The notes below the pieces were generated by a model that saw only the letters and a list, made by a program, of their open reading frames with translations, searched no databases and was not told the origin of the DNA. Shown piece by piece: positions 9,675 through 18,559 of a stretch of DNA of 37,524 bases; the stretch's first letter is position 1; each line of letters opens with the position of its first letter. The stretch is from a virus (Duplodnaviria; Heunggongvirae; Uroviricota; Caudoviricetes): IMG/VR virus record IMGVR_UViG_2718217884_000001, positions 1-37,524 of that record; one strand, given 5' to 3'. Both the position numbers and the translations under genes were made by a program.

Positions 9675-9685
9675 GGGGAATCTGT

Positions 9686-9919
9686 ATGCGCATTGAAATA
9701 ATGATCGATAAAGAGCAGAAGATTAGCCAGGCTACACTGGACGCCCTTGAATCCGAGCTTTACCGTAATTTGCGCCCTCTGTATCCCAAAACAGCAATTC
9801 GTATCCGTAAGGGCAGCGCCAACGGCGTTGAGCTGAGCGGGTTAAAACTGGATGAAGATAAAAAGCGAGTGATGGAAATAATGCAGCAGGTCTGGGAGGA
9901 CGACAGCTGGTTACATTAG
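9686..9919 (+). CDS. DinI-family protein
   Basis: 77 aa; MRIEIMIDKEQKISQATLDALESELYRNLRPLYP...EIMQQVWEDDSWL aligns with DinI by eye. Confidence 0.75.
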   Translation: MRIEIMIDKEQKISQATLDALESELYRNLRPLYPKTAIRIRKGSANGVELSGLKLDEDKKRVMEIMQQVWEDDSWLH

Positions 9920-10052
9920 CGAACGTTGCGGACGATAAAACTGGTTTTTACCGTCCGCAAGGTTGAACAACGAGCCACGCGAGGCGTTAGCGCTGTTGTG
10001 CATGTCTATGCCGCATGAAATCGCATGATCGTTTGAGGATCGTTTTTGCTCA

Positions 10053-10078
10053 GGCCCGCCAGAACTGGCGGGCTTTTG
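10053..10078 (+). terminator. Rho-independent terminator after SOS operon
   Basis: GCCCGCCAG-AACT-GGCGGGC hairpin followed by TTTTGCTT. Confidence 0.55.
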
Positions 10079-10122
10079 CTTATGTCATGCAGGTGCATGA
10101 AAACCACTACACAAAGCGGGCA

Positions 10123-10141
10123 GGCGTGGCGGGGATACGAG
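10123..10141. other. Candidate cos (cohesive end) site
   Basis: GGCGTGGCGGGGATACGAG; first 13 nt identical to my recollection of the 186 cohesive end GGCGTGGCGGGGAAAGCAT; position near Q 3' end. Confidence 0.35.
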
Positions 10142-10240
10142 CGCGCGCTGGTTGGTTTGGGACAGCTTTCAAGAGCTATGTCTCATTTTTGCTTGGACGG
10201 ATAGATTACTCTACTCAAAACATGTGAAATGGAGATAAAC

Positions 10241-10423
10241 ATGCCGTATCAAGTTAAAGCTTATTGTCCTTGTTGTGGGGTCGCTGCAAGTGGTGATCTG
10301 AACAAAATTGAAGAGGTATTTGGTTTTAGAATGATGGAAGGGGAACGTTTGATTCCACAATCATATTGTCGCAGATGTCGTCGATTAAGATGTTCTCCAA
10401 ATGATAAAAAGTGCGGAGCATAA
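10241..10423 (+). CDS. Cys-rich zinc-ribbon protein, unknown function
   Basis: 60 aa from ATG 10241 (GGAG 6 nt upstream); CPCCG...CRRCRRLRC; AT-rich codons; 3-nt gap to next gene. Confidence 0.55.
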   Translation: MPYQVKAYCPCCGVAASGDLNKIEEVFGFRMMEGERLIPQSYCRRCRRLRCSPNDKKCGA

Positions 10424-10426
10424 AAG

Positions 10427-10696
10427 ATGGCGGTCTATTGTGTAACGTATGACTTGAAAGCTCCAGGCAAGAACTATGATGATGTTTTTACCTATCTCAA
10501 AAAGTTTGACTACTGCAAACATTTAGAATCCTTTTGGTTAATCGATACCACGCTTTCTGCAGCGCAATTGCGTGATGGACTTAAAGCAAATGTTGATAGT
10601 AACGATGTGATCTTTGTTGCTCGTTTACAAAAATCTTGGGCCTCATTAAATTATTCTTGTTCTACATGGTTAAAGGCTCCTGGTCGAAATTGGTAA
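10427..10696 (+). CDS. 89-aa protein of unknown function, co-operonic with zinc-ribbon ORF
   Basis: GGAG RBS; N-terminal beta-strand-like VYCVTYDL; AT-rich; followed by terminator hairpin. Confidence 0.55.
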   Translation: MAVYCVTYDLKAPGKNYDDVFTYLKKFDYCKHLESFWLIDTTLSAAQLRDGLKANVDSNDVIFVARLQKSWASLNYSCSTWLKAPGRNW

Positions 10697-10703
10697 ATAA
10701 ATT

Positions 10704-10730
10704 AAGGCCGCATGATTAGCGGCCTGTTTG
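10704..10730. terminator. Bidirectional terminator hairpin between small cassette and Q
   Basis: GGCCGC-ATGATTA-GCGGCC with T-rich tracts on both strands. Confidence 0.5.
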
Positions 10731-10758
10731 AATATTGTTGTTGATGAGTAGGTGATTA

Positions 10759-11805
10759 CTATTCATCACCTAAATTTAACTTGTAGGGTTCAAAGCGTAT
10801 TACATCTTCTTGTAACCAATCATTGAGTTCTTGCAGCCTTTTTTGGAGGGGGATTAGTTCGTTTCTTACAAAAACAAGGCTGGCCTTTTCCACATCCCCA
10901 AAACCCCCAACATTGCTTGGCATGATCCCCATCATCTGTGGCGGCACACGGTGCGCTGCCATCATGTCATCGCGGCTCACGTTCTTGATGTTCAGAAACT
11001 CATCCTTTGCTGCTACCTCTGATAGTGGGATTATCTGAATGCCGTCCTTCTTCCCGTTGGGCGAATACATAAACAGGTTGCGGAAGTTGCCTGGCCCTTT
11101 GGCGCTTTTCATGGCCTGGCGGATGTTGTTCACGTCCTCCTGGTTCTGCGCGGCGTCGGTCATGTACATGATAAAGCCCGCGTGGCTGCCGTTGATGTAG
11201 TACTTGCGGCGGAACAGCGTGGCGGACTCATTCAGAAGGGCGGAAGGGATAGCGGACAGGTATTCTGGTAGTCCATAAATCTCCTGGTTTAAGTCCGGCT
11301 CCATCAGGTGGAAGATGCTGCCTTTGGTGAACTCGTAGGGCTGCGTGGTCATGCCGTATTGCACAAACCAGTAAGTGTCGAGGTCGGTCCCGCGGCGGGT
11401 GTATTTCGCCAGCGATGGCTCCAGTGACAGAATGCCGCCCAGCCGGTTCGTCCGTTTCTCCAGATAGGCATTACCAAACACCAGGTAGTCCTGCACGAAG
11501 CGGCTGAATGCCTGCTGGCTCAGCAGCGGATGCGGGATAAACGTGCTGGTCAGGATGTTGCGCTTAACGGCAATCGGTGAGCTGTGATGCACGGCGGCGC
11601 GGTAGGTGCGAGCCAGGCCGTCAAAGCTCACGGGCGGCTCATACCATTTGTCCATCTGCACGCATTCCACATAGTCCAGCAGTTCGCGGCGGTCCAGTAC
11701 CGGGATAGGATCGCCAAAGCTGAATGCTTCGGCTTGAGTTGTGTTCTTCTGCTGCGCGGCTTCCTGTACTGGCGCGGTACTGGTCAGGGCGTCGTGTTCA
11801 CTCAT
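10759..11805 (-). CDS. Q: Portal protein (P2 gpQ)
   Basis: 348 aa; position and size match P2 Q; start overlaps P stop. Confidence 0.88.
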   Translation of the reverse strand: MSEHDALTSTAPVQEAAQQKNTTQAEAFSFGDPIPVLDRRELLDYVECVQMDKWYEPPVSFDGLARTYRAAVHHSSPIAVKRNILTSTFIPHPLLSQQAFSRFVQDYLVFGNAYLEKRTNRLGGILSLEPSLAKYTRRGTDLDTYWFVQYGMTTQPYEFTKGSIFHLMEPDLNQEIYGLPEYLSAIPSALLNESATLFRRKYYINGSHAGFIMYMTDAAQNQEDVNNIRQAMKSAKGPGNFRNLFMYSPNGKKDGIQIIPLSEVAAKDEFLNIKNVSRDDMMAAHRVPPQMMGIMPSNVGGFGDVEKASLVFVRNELIPLQKRLQELNDWLQEDVIRFEPYKLNLGDE

Positions 11806-13571
11806 TAAAAAATCTCCACAATATTGCTGGTATTGGCGGATTCGCCCTGCAGCGGTTCGTTAAACAGTGCGTGCATCGTTGCCCAGGCCAAATCTGCGTG
11901 GCTGGCTTCTTCGCTGCGGCTCGCTTCGTAGGTAGGGCGGTTGCCGCTGGCGGTAGTGGCACGGCGGATTGCCATAAAGGACTGCGCAATGTCAGTGTGC
12001 CCGGCGTCAAACTCCAGACGACGGTGGCTGATAATGTCGTACGCTTTGAGCACCAGGGCGTTTTTGACGTTGGGGTTGTAGACAAACTCCCGCACGGCAG
12101 GAAAGAACGCTTTTACGTTCTCATAAACACCGTGACCGACGCCGGTCGAGTCGATGCCGATATAAGTCACGTTGTACTGCTGCGTCAGCTTTTTGATGGC
12201 ATCAGCCTGGGCGCGGAAGTCCATCCCGCGCCACTGATGACGCTCCAGAATGCGGAACTTTCCGCCAGGTACAGTGGGTGGTGCCATAACCACGCAGCCT
12301 GCGCTGTCACCGTTCTGCGTACCTTTCGCTGGGTCGTAACCGATCCAGACTTCCCGCCAGCCAAACGGGCGCAGCGCCAGCGCCTGAAAATCGGTCCAGA
12401 CTTCCCAGCTGTCCACCATGCACGCCTGCAGCTCGCTGAGCGGGAATACTGACGCCAGATCGTCAATAAATTCGCACATCAGCAGGTTCTGGTATTCGTC
12501 CGGGCTGTACTCCATGCGCAGTTGGTCCAGGTCGAACAGGTTACAGCCTCCGCGCACCGCATCCTCCACGGTGACGATCTGGCGGTACTGTCCGTCAGGG
12601 CAGAGCAGGCCGCGCGCAAGGTTGCTGTGGGTCAGGTCAATATCCACCTTGTCCGCTTTGGCGCGGCCCCGATTAAACAGCGCACCGGACCAGAACGGAT
12701 AGGCACTGTGAGTCAGGCTGGACGGCGTGGAAAAGTAGGTTTGTCGCCATTTTTTGTGAATGGCCATCCCGGAGGCCACCTTGCGCAGCTCCTGGAATTT
12801 CGGTATCCAGAAATACTCATCAAGATACAGGTTGCCGTGGTAGCTCTGCGCAGTACGGGCATTGGTGCCGAGGAAGTACAAAGCTGCGCCATTGGGCAGC
12901 ACCATGGGATCGCCTTTCAGCTCAACATCCACCTCTTTGGCAAAGTCGATGATGTACTGCTTAAAAACGTGCGCCTGCGCCTTACTGGCAGAAAGGAAAA
13001 TCTGGTTGCGCCCGGTCAGCAGGGCGTCAATCAATGCTTCACGGGCAAAATAAAACGTGGCGCCAATCTGGCGCGACTTGAGCAGATTACGGATGCGGTT
13101 TGTTTTTCCGGCTTCAAACCAGTGACGCTGATAGTCGAACATTGAGGCATGGAAGACTTCTTCCAGCTTTTCGATCTGTTCGTCGGAGAAAACGTTCTTT
13201 TCCGGCTGCCTGCGCGGACCTTTGTTACGGTTGTCTACTTTCGGGTTTAAATCTGCTTCGTTCCCGCCGTCGTTAAATTTTCCGATCCGGGCGTGACGCT
13301 CTGACTGGCGCGCCAGCAGGTCAATTTCCTTGAAGTCTTTCCCTTCTTTCTGCTCCTTCATGATGAGCTGGCAGTAACGTGCGGCGGTGGTGAGCTGCAT
13401 CTGATCCAGCGGCCCATAGTCGCCCCACTTGTCGCGCTTCTTCCAGCTGTGAACGGTTGCAACTTTTTCGCCCAGCATTTCAGCAATGCGGGCTACGCGG
13501 TATCCCTGAAAGTACAGCAGCATGGCCTGCCGACGGGGATCGAGGTCTGCGGGGGTCAGTGTCGTGTTCAT
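11805..13571 (-). CDS. P: Terminase large (ATPase) subunit (P2 gpP)
   Basis: 588 aa; upstream of Q on same strand as in P2. Confidence 0.88.
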   Translation of the reverse strand: MNTTLTPADLDPRRQAMLLYFQGYRVARIAEMLGEKVATVHSWKKRDKWGDYGPLDQMQLTTAARYCQLIMKEQKEGKDFKEIDLLARQSERHARIGKFNDGGNEADLNPKVDNRNKGPRRQPEKNVFSDEQIEKLEEVFHASMFDYQRHWFEAGKTNRIRNLLKSRQIGATFYFAREALIDALLTGRNQIFLSASKAQAHVFKQYIIDFAKEVDVELKGDPMVLPNGAALYFLGTNARTAQSYHGNLYLDEYFWIPKFQELRKVASGMAIHKKWRQTYFSTPSSLTHSAYPFWSGALFNRGRAKADKVDIDLTHSNLARGLLCPDGQYRQIVTVEDAVRGGCNLFDLDQLRMEYSPDEYQNLLMCEFIDDLASVFPLSELQACMVDSWEVWTDFQALALRPFGWREVWIGYDPAKGTQNGDSAGCVVMAPPTVPGGKFRILERHQWRGMDFRAQADAIKKLTQQYNVTYIGIDSTGVGHGVYENVKAFFPAVREFVYNPNVKNALVLKAYDIISHRRLEFDAGHTDIAQSFMAIRRATTASGNRPTYEASRSEEASHADLAWATMHALFNEPLQGESANTSNIVEIF

Positions 13572-13617
13572 GGCCCAAACATACGGCCTTGGATGGCGGC
13601 TTTCCCCGGCTGCAGTT

Positions 13618-13635
13618 TGTGTGGTTTACCGTACA
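13618..13635. promoter_or_regulatory. Candidate Ogr-dependent late promoter element (TGT-N12-ACA) in P/O divergent region
   Basis: TGTGTGGTTTACCGTACA; centre about 55 bp upstream of a plausible O-operon start and of the P start. Confidence 0.45.
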
Positions 13636-13713
13636 AATACAGCGCGTTGTCTCACTCCCCCCATCACCGCAAACATAAGGCTCCAGTAAGTTATTTCTAA
13701 CGGAGCACGGCTC

Positions 13714-14547
13714 ATGACAGTGAAAGCAAAACGTTTCCGTATCGGGGTGGAAGGCGCCACTACCGACGGACGCGAAATCCAGCGTGAATGGCTGGTACAG
13801 ATGGCTGCCAGCTACAATCCGACGGTCTATACCGCGCTGATCAACATGGAACACATCAAGTCTTATTCCCCGGACAGTGCATTCAACCGTTACGGCAAAG
13901 TGACTGCGCTGGTTGCAGAAGAAATCCAGGACGGTCCGCTGGCGGGCAAGATGGCACTTTACGCCGATGTTGAACCGACGGACTCCCTGGTGGCCCTAGT
14001 GAAAAAAGGCCAGAAGCTGTTTACCTCCATGGAGGTCAGCCCGAAGTTTGCCGACACCGGCAAAGCCTATCTTGTGGGGCTGGCGGCAACAGACGATCCG
14101 GCGAGTCTCGGCACCGAAATGCTGGTATTCAGCGCCAGCGCCGCCCATAACCCGCTGGCAAACCGTAAGCAGAACCCTGAAAACCTGTTTACCGCTGCCG
14201 AAGAAACGCAGATCGAACTGGAAGAAGCCCAGGACGAAAAGCCATCCCTCTTTGCCCGCGTCACCGCGCTGTTCACCAAAAAAGAGCAGACCGACGATGC
14301 GCGATTCTCTGATGTGCATAAAGCCGTGGAACTGGTCGCCACCGAGCAGCAGAACCTGAGCGAACGCACTGATAAATCCCTGTCAGAACAGGACAAGCGC
14401 CTTTCTGAGCTGGAGTCCTCCCTGCAGGAACAACAGGCCGCCTTTGCCGAGTTACAGCAGCAGCTGAGCCGTGAAGACAGCCGCAAGGATTACCGCCAGC
14501 GCGCGCCGGGCGGTGACGCACTGGCAGGCACCCTGACCAATTGCTGA
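13714..14547 (+). CDS. O: Capsid scaffolding protein (P2 gpO)
   Basis: 277 aa, acidic coiled-coil C-terminal half; first gene of rightward late operon. Confidence 0.85.
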   Translation: MTVKAKRFRIGVEGATTDGREIQREWLVQMAASYNPTVYTALINMEHIKSYSPDSAFNRYGKVTALVAEEIQDGPLAGKMALYADVEPTDSLVALVKKGQKLFTSMEVSPKFADTGKAYLVGLAATDDPASLGTEMLVFSASAAHNPLANRKQNPENLFTAAEETQIELEEAQDEKPSLFARVTALFTKKEQTDDARFSDVHKAVELVATEQQNLSERTDKSLSEQDKRLSELESSLQEQQAAFAELQQQLSREDSRKDYRQRAPGGDALAGTLTNC

Positions 14548-14563
14548 TGGAGCATAAAACCCG

Positions 14564-15631
14564 ATGAAAAAGAAAACCCGCTTTGCCTTTAACGCTTACC
14601 TGCAGCAACTGGCGCGCCTGAACGGTGTGGAGGTTGAAGAACTGTCCAGCAAGTTTACCGTGGAGCCGTCCGTGCAGCAGACGCTGGAAGACCAGATCCA
14701 GCAGTCCGCCGCTTTCCTGACGCTGATTAACATCACGCCGGTCACTGAGCAGTCCGGTCAGTTGCTGGGGCTGGGCGTGGGAAGCACCATTGCCGGAACC
14801 ACCGATACCACCACCAAAGAGCGCGAGCCTACCGATCCGACGCTGATGGAAGATGTGGAATACAAATGCGAGCAGACCAACTTTGATACGGTGCTGACCT
14901 ACGCAAAACTGGACATGTGGGCGAAATTCCAGGACTTCCAGGTGCGTATTCGCAACGCCATCGTCAAGCGTCAGGCGCTGGACCGCATCATGATCGGCTT
15001 TAACGGCGTGAAGCGCGCCAAAACCTCCAACCGTGCTGAAAACCCGCTGCTGCAGGACGTCAATAAAGGCTGGCTGCAGAAAATCCGCGAAGACGCGCCG
15101 GATCACGTCATGGGCAGCAAAACCGCAGAAGACGGCACCACTACTGCAGAACCGGTAAAAGTAGGTCCGGGTGGTAAGTATGTAAATCTTGACGCGGTGG
15201 TGATGGATACCGTCAACGAGCTGATCGATGTGGAGTATCAGGATGATGACGAGCTGGTTGTTGTCTGCGGACGTGAACTGCTGTCTGACAAGTATTTCCC
15301 GCTGGTCAACAAAGAGCAGGACAACAGCGAGAAAATCGCCGCCGATCTGATCATCAGCCAGAAACGCATGGGCGGCCTGCAGGCTGTGCGCGCGCCTTTC
15401 TTCCCGGCAAATGCCCTGCTGATCACCCGTCTGGATAACCTGTCCATCTACTGGCAGGAAGACACCCGCCGCCGTTCAGTTATCGACAACCCGAAACGTG
15501 ACCGGATTGAAAACTTTGAATCCGTCAACGAGGCGTATGTGGTCGAGGACTACCGCTGCGCGGCGCTGGTTGAAAACATCGAAATCGGTGATTTCACCCC
15601 GCCTGCAGTAGAAACAGGAAACGGAGAGTAA
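14564..15631 (+). CDS. N: Major capsid protein (P2 gpN)
   Basis: 355 aa; MKKKTRFAFNAYLQQLARLNGV... close to P2 N. Confidence 0.9.
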   Translation: MKKKTRFAFNAYLQQLARLNGVEVEELSSKFTVEPSVQQTLEDQIQQSAAFLTLINITPVTEQSGQLLGLGVGSTIAGTTDTTTKEREPTDPTLMEDVEYKCEQTNFDTVLTYAKLDMWAKFQDFQVRIRNAIVKRQALDRIMIGFNGVKRAKTSNRAENPLLQDVNKGWLQKIREDAPDHVMGSKTAEDGTTTAEPVKVGPGGKYVNLDAVVMDTVNELIDVEYQDDDELVVVCGRELLSDKYFPLVNKEQDNSEKIAADLIISQKRMGGLQAVRAPFFPANALLITRLDNLSIYWQEDTRRRSVIDNPKRDRIENFESVNEAYVVEDYRCAALVENIEIGDFTPPAVETGNGE

Positions 15632-15634
15632 CGC

Positions 15635-16285
15635 ATGAGCCTGAGTCCCGCACGGCAACACCGCCTGCGCATTCAGGCCGAACAGGCCGCCCGTGAGGGC
15701 GGCAGTGTTCGCCATGCGTCGGGTTATGACCTGATGCTGCTGCAGCTGGCAGAAGACCGCCGCCGCCTCAAGGGCGTTCAGTCCACGGTGAAAAAGGCGG
15801 AAATCAAGGTGGAACTGCTGCCGAAATATTCCGCCTGGGCGGAGGGCGTGCTGGCTGCCGGAGGTGCGCAGCAGGATGACGTGCTGATGTACGTGATGCT
15901 GTGGCGTATCGACGCCGGTGATTATGCCGGTGCGCTGGAAATCGGACGCCATGCACTGCTCCATGGCTGGGTGATGCCGCTGGGCAACCGTAACGTGCAG
16001 ACCGTGCTGGCAGAAGAAATGGCAGACGCGGCGCAAAGCGCTCTGCTTACCGCTGCCGGTTTTGATGCTGATCTGCTTCTGCAGACGCTGGACCTGACCA
16101 CCGATCTTGATATGCCGGACCAGTCGCGGGCGCGCCTGCATAAAGCCATCGGCGCTGTACTGAGCGAAAGCAACCCGGCGTCTGCCCTGAATCACCTTAC
16201 CCATGCGCTGCAGCTTGATCCCCGCTGCGGTGTGAAAAAAGAAAAGCAGCAGCTGGAGCGCAGACTGCGCAATGACAGCCGCTAA
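15635..16285 (+). CDS. M: Terminase small/endonuclease subunit (P2 gpM)
   Basis: 216 aa, follows N as in P2. Confidence 0.8.
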   Translation: MSLSPARQHRLRIQAEQAAREGGSVRHASGYDLMLLQLAEDRRRLKGVQSTVKKAEIKVELLPKYSAWAEGVLAAGGAQQDDVLMYVMLWRIDAGDYAGALEIGRHALLHGWVMPLGNRNVQTVLAEEMADAAQSALLTAAGFDADLLLQTLDLTTDLDMPDQSRARLHKAIGAVLSESNPASALNHLTHALQLDPRCGVKKEKQQLERRLRNDSR

Positions 16286-16378
16286 CGAACGTGCCCCGCG
16301 CACGGGCGGCACGGGATGGCGAAAGGCACTGCCACATCAAAATTCCGTCCACCGCCCACTTATTCAGGAGAAAGCCGC

Positions 16379-16843
16379 ATGAAGTTTGTTGCGCCCGAAC
16401 AGGCACCGGAGCAGGCGGAGGTCATCAAAAATACGCCGTTCTGGCCTGATGTGGACCTGTCGGAATTTCGCAGTGTGATGCGAACTGACGGCACGGTGAC
16501 GCAGTCGCGTTTAAAGCAGGTTGTGCTGACGGCTATTTCTGAGGTTAACGCTGAGCTGTACGACTTCCGCAACCGCCAGCAGTTGCTGGGCTACCGGGCA
16601 CTGGCTGAGGTTCCGGCGGACATGCTGGACGGTAAAAGCGAGCGTATCCGGCACTACCATAACGCCGTTTTTTGCTGGACGCGCGCTGTGCTCAATGAGC
16701 GTTATCAGGACTATGACGCCACGGCATCAGGTGTGAAACGGGGGGAGGAGCTGGCGGAGGCCAGCGGCGATCTGTGGCGTGATGCCCGCTGGGCCATCAG
16801 CCGGGTGCAGGATGCGCCGCACTGTACGGTGGAGCTTATCTGA
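16379..16843 (+). CDS. L: Head completion/stabilisation protein (P2 gpL)
   Basis: ATG at 16379 with AGGAG RBS (ORF track extends upstream to 16316); 154 aa. Confidence 0.8.
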   Translation: MKFVAPEQAPEQAEVIKNTPFWPDVDLSEFRSVMRTDGTVTQSRLKQVVLTAISEVNAELYDFRNRQQLLGYRALAEVPADMLDGKSERIRHYHNAVFCWTRAVLNERYQDYDATASGVKRGEELAEASGDLWRDARWAISRVQDAPHCTVELI

Positions 16844-17046
16844 TGAAAGTGCGTGCGCATCAGTATGACACGGTGGACGCGCTTTGCTGGCGTCATTACG
16901 GGCGCACGCAGGGGGTCACTGAGCAGGTTCTGAAGGCAAATCCGGGGCTGGCAGAGTACGGCCCATTTTTACCGCACGGGCTGCAGGTGGAACTGCCGGA
17001 CATTACGGCGTCAACCACGGGGCAGACCGTCCAGCTATGGGACTGA
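16843..17046 (+). CDS. X: Tail protein X (P2 gpX)
   Basis: 67 aa, overlaps L stop. Confidence 0.8.
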   Translation: MKVRAHQYDTVDALCWRHYGRTQGVTEQVLKANPGLAEYGPFLPHGLQVELPDITASTTGQTVQLWD

Positions 17047-17049
17047 ATT

Positions 17050-17265
17050 ATGACGCTTGAACGAATCAGCGCCTTTATTACTTACTGCATCGCCGTGCTG
17101 CTGGCATGGCTGGGCGATCTGTCACTCAAGGATGCATCAACGGTTGGAGGCGTACTGATTGGTGTGCTGATGCTGGCTATCAACTGGTACTACAAACACC
17201 AGTCTTTCAGGTTGCTGCGCGATGGCAAAATTTCACGGGGGGAATATGAATCCTTCAATCGTTAA
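17050..17265 (+). CDS. Holin
   Basis: 71 aa with two hydrophobic helices and charged C-terminus, immediately upstream of endolysin. Confidence 0.65.
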   Translation: MTLERISAFITYCIAVLLAWLGDLSLKDASTVGGVLIGVLMLAINWYYKHQSFRLLRDGKISRGEYESFNR

Positions 17266-17758
17266 GCGCTGTCTTGTCGGGGCTGTGCTGGCTATCGCCG
17301 CCACGCTGCCCGGTTTTCAGTCGCTCAAAACTTCCGTTGAGGGGCTGAAACTGATCGCCGATTACGAGGGATGCCGCCTGCAGCCTTATCAGTGCAGCGC
17401 GGGCGCCTGGACTGACGGGATCGGCAATACGTCCGGTGTGGTGCCGGGGAAAGCTATCACGGAACGGCAGGCGGCGCAGGGGTTAATAAACAATGTACTA
17501 CTGACTGAAAAAAGGCTGGACGCCTGCCTGACGGTTAAGCCTCCGCAACATGTCTACGATGCGCTGGTGAGTATTGGTTTCAATGTGGGGACCGGCGCGA
17601 TCTGCAGGTCAACCATGGTGTCATATATCAATCGCCAGCAGTGGTGGCAGGCATGCAACCAGCTACCGCGCTGGATTTATGTTAACGGTGTGAAAAATAA
17701 AGGTCTGGAGAACCGCCGCGCGCGGGAAATGGCCTGGTGCTTAAAGGGAGCGTCCTGA
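17246..17758 (+). CDS. K: Endolysin (lysozyme-like, P2 gpK family)
   Basis: EGxxLxAYxD-type motif (LIADYEGCRLQPYQCSAGAWTDGIGNT); start 17246 or 17222 uncertain. Confidence 0.82.
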   Translation: MNPSIVKRCLVGAVLAIAATLPGFQSLKTSVEGLKLIADYEGCRLQPYQCSAGAWTDGIGNTSGVVPGKAITERQAAQGLINNVLLTEKRLDACLTVKPPQHVYDALVSIGFNVGTGAICRSTMVSYINRQQWWQACNQLPRWIYVNGVKNKGLENRRAREMAWCLKGAS

Positions 17759-17759
17759 A

Positions 17760-18134
17760 ATGAAATGGTTAAAAAGTTACTGGTTGCCGCTTTCGGTTCT
17801 GGCGTTTCTTGTAATGGTTGATGTGATTTTCCCTGCCTCCCATGCGCTTTTCCCCCTGGCGCTGATCATGTGGTTTGAGTTTGCCGCGTTTTCTCTGGTC
17901 TGCTTTGCCGGGCTTTATTCCTGCACTCTGACAGGTAATGACCGGCTAAAGGTCAGATTCCTGCTGGGGAGGGTATTAAGGATGATGGACGCAATCAATC
18001 TCACCTGGTATCTGCGTCTGGCTGTTGCCTTTGTGATGTTGCTTGCCGGGTGGAAACTGACGGGGCTGGTTTATGTATCTACCGTTGCCATTGGCCTGGC
18101 AATCAAGGATGAATTAAAGGCATTGCGGGAATGA
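17760..18134 (+). CDS. LysA-like membrane protein (lysis timing)
   Basis: 124 aa, multiple hydrophobic helices, position after endolysin. Confidence 0.55.
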   Translation: MKWLKSYWLPLSVLAFLVMVDVIFPASHALFPLALIMWFEFAAFSLVCFAGLYSCTLTGNDRLKVRFLLGRVLRMMDAINLTWYLRLAVAFVMLLAGWKLTGLVYVSTVAIGLAIKDELKALRE

Positions 18135-18559
18135 ATCGCGTACTGATTTTAGGGCTGGCGCTGGTTCTTATTGCGCTGGGCTGGCAGTCGTGGCGGCTTA
18201 ACAATGCCAGTCACATCATTGAGACGCAGGGCACGGCGCTGAAAAACAAAACGCAGGAACTGACGAAGAAAAACAGTCAGTTGGTCGGCCTGTCCATTCT
18301 GACCGAAACCAACAGCCGGGAGCAGACTCGGCTTTATGCGGCAGCGGAACAGACCACCGCACTGTTGCGAGGCCGCCAGCGCCGGATCGAGGAACTGAAA
18401 CGTGAAAACGAGGATTTGCGCCGCTGGGCTGACACTCCTTTGCCTGCTGACATTATCAGGCTGCGTGAACGTCCGGCCCTTGCCGGAGGTGCAGCTTACC
18501 GTGAATGGCTGTCCCAGAGTGACGCAGTGCCGCCTGGAAAGGTCAGCGCCGCGCAGTAA
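18131..18559 (+). CDS. i-spanin (Rz/LysB-like)
   Basis: N-terminal TM helix then coiled-coil; overlaps o-spanin gene. Confidence 0.6.
   Translation: MNRVLILGLALVLIALGWQSWRLNNASHIIETQGTALKNKTQELTKKNSQLVGLSILTETNSREQTRLYAAAEQTTALLRGRQRRIEELKRENEDLRRWADTPLPADIIRLRERPALAGGAAYREWLSQSDAVPPGKVSAAQ

Noticed and set aside
10015-10227. 70-aa ORF between DinI-like gene and zinc-ribbon gene
   Set aside because: It spans a terminator hairpin and the cos-like GGCGTGGCGGGGA motif and has no RBS; more likely non-coding.
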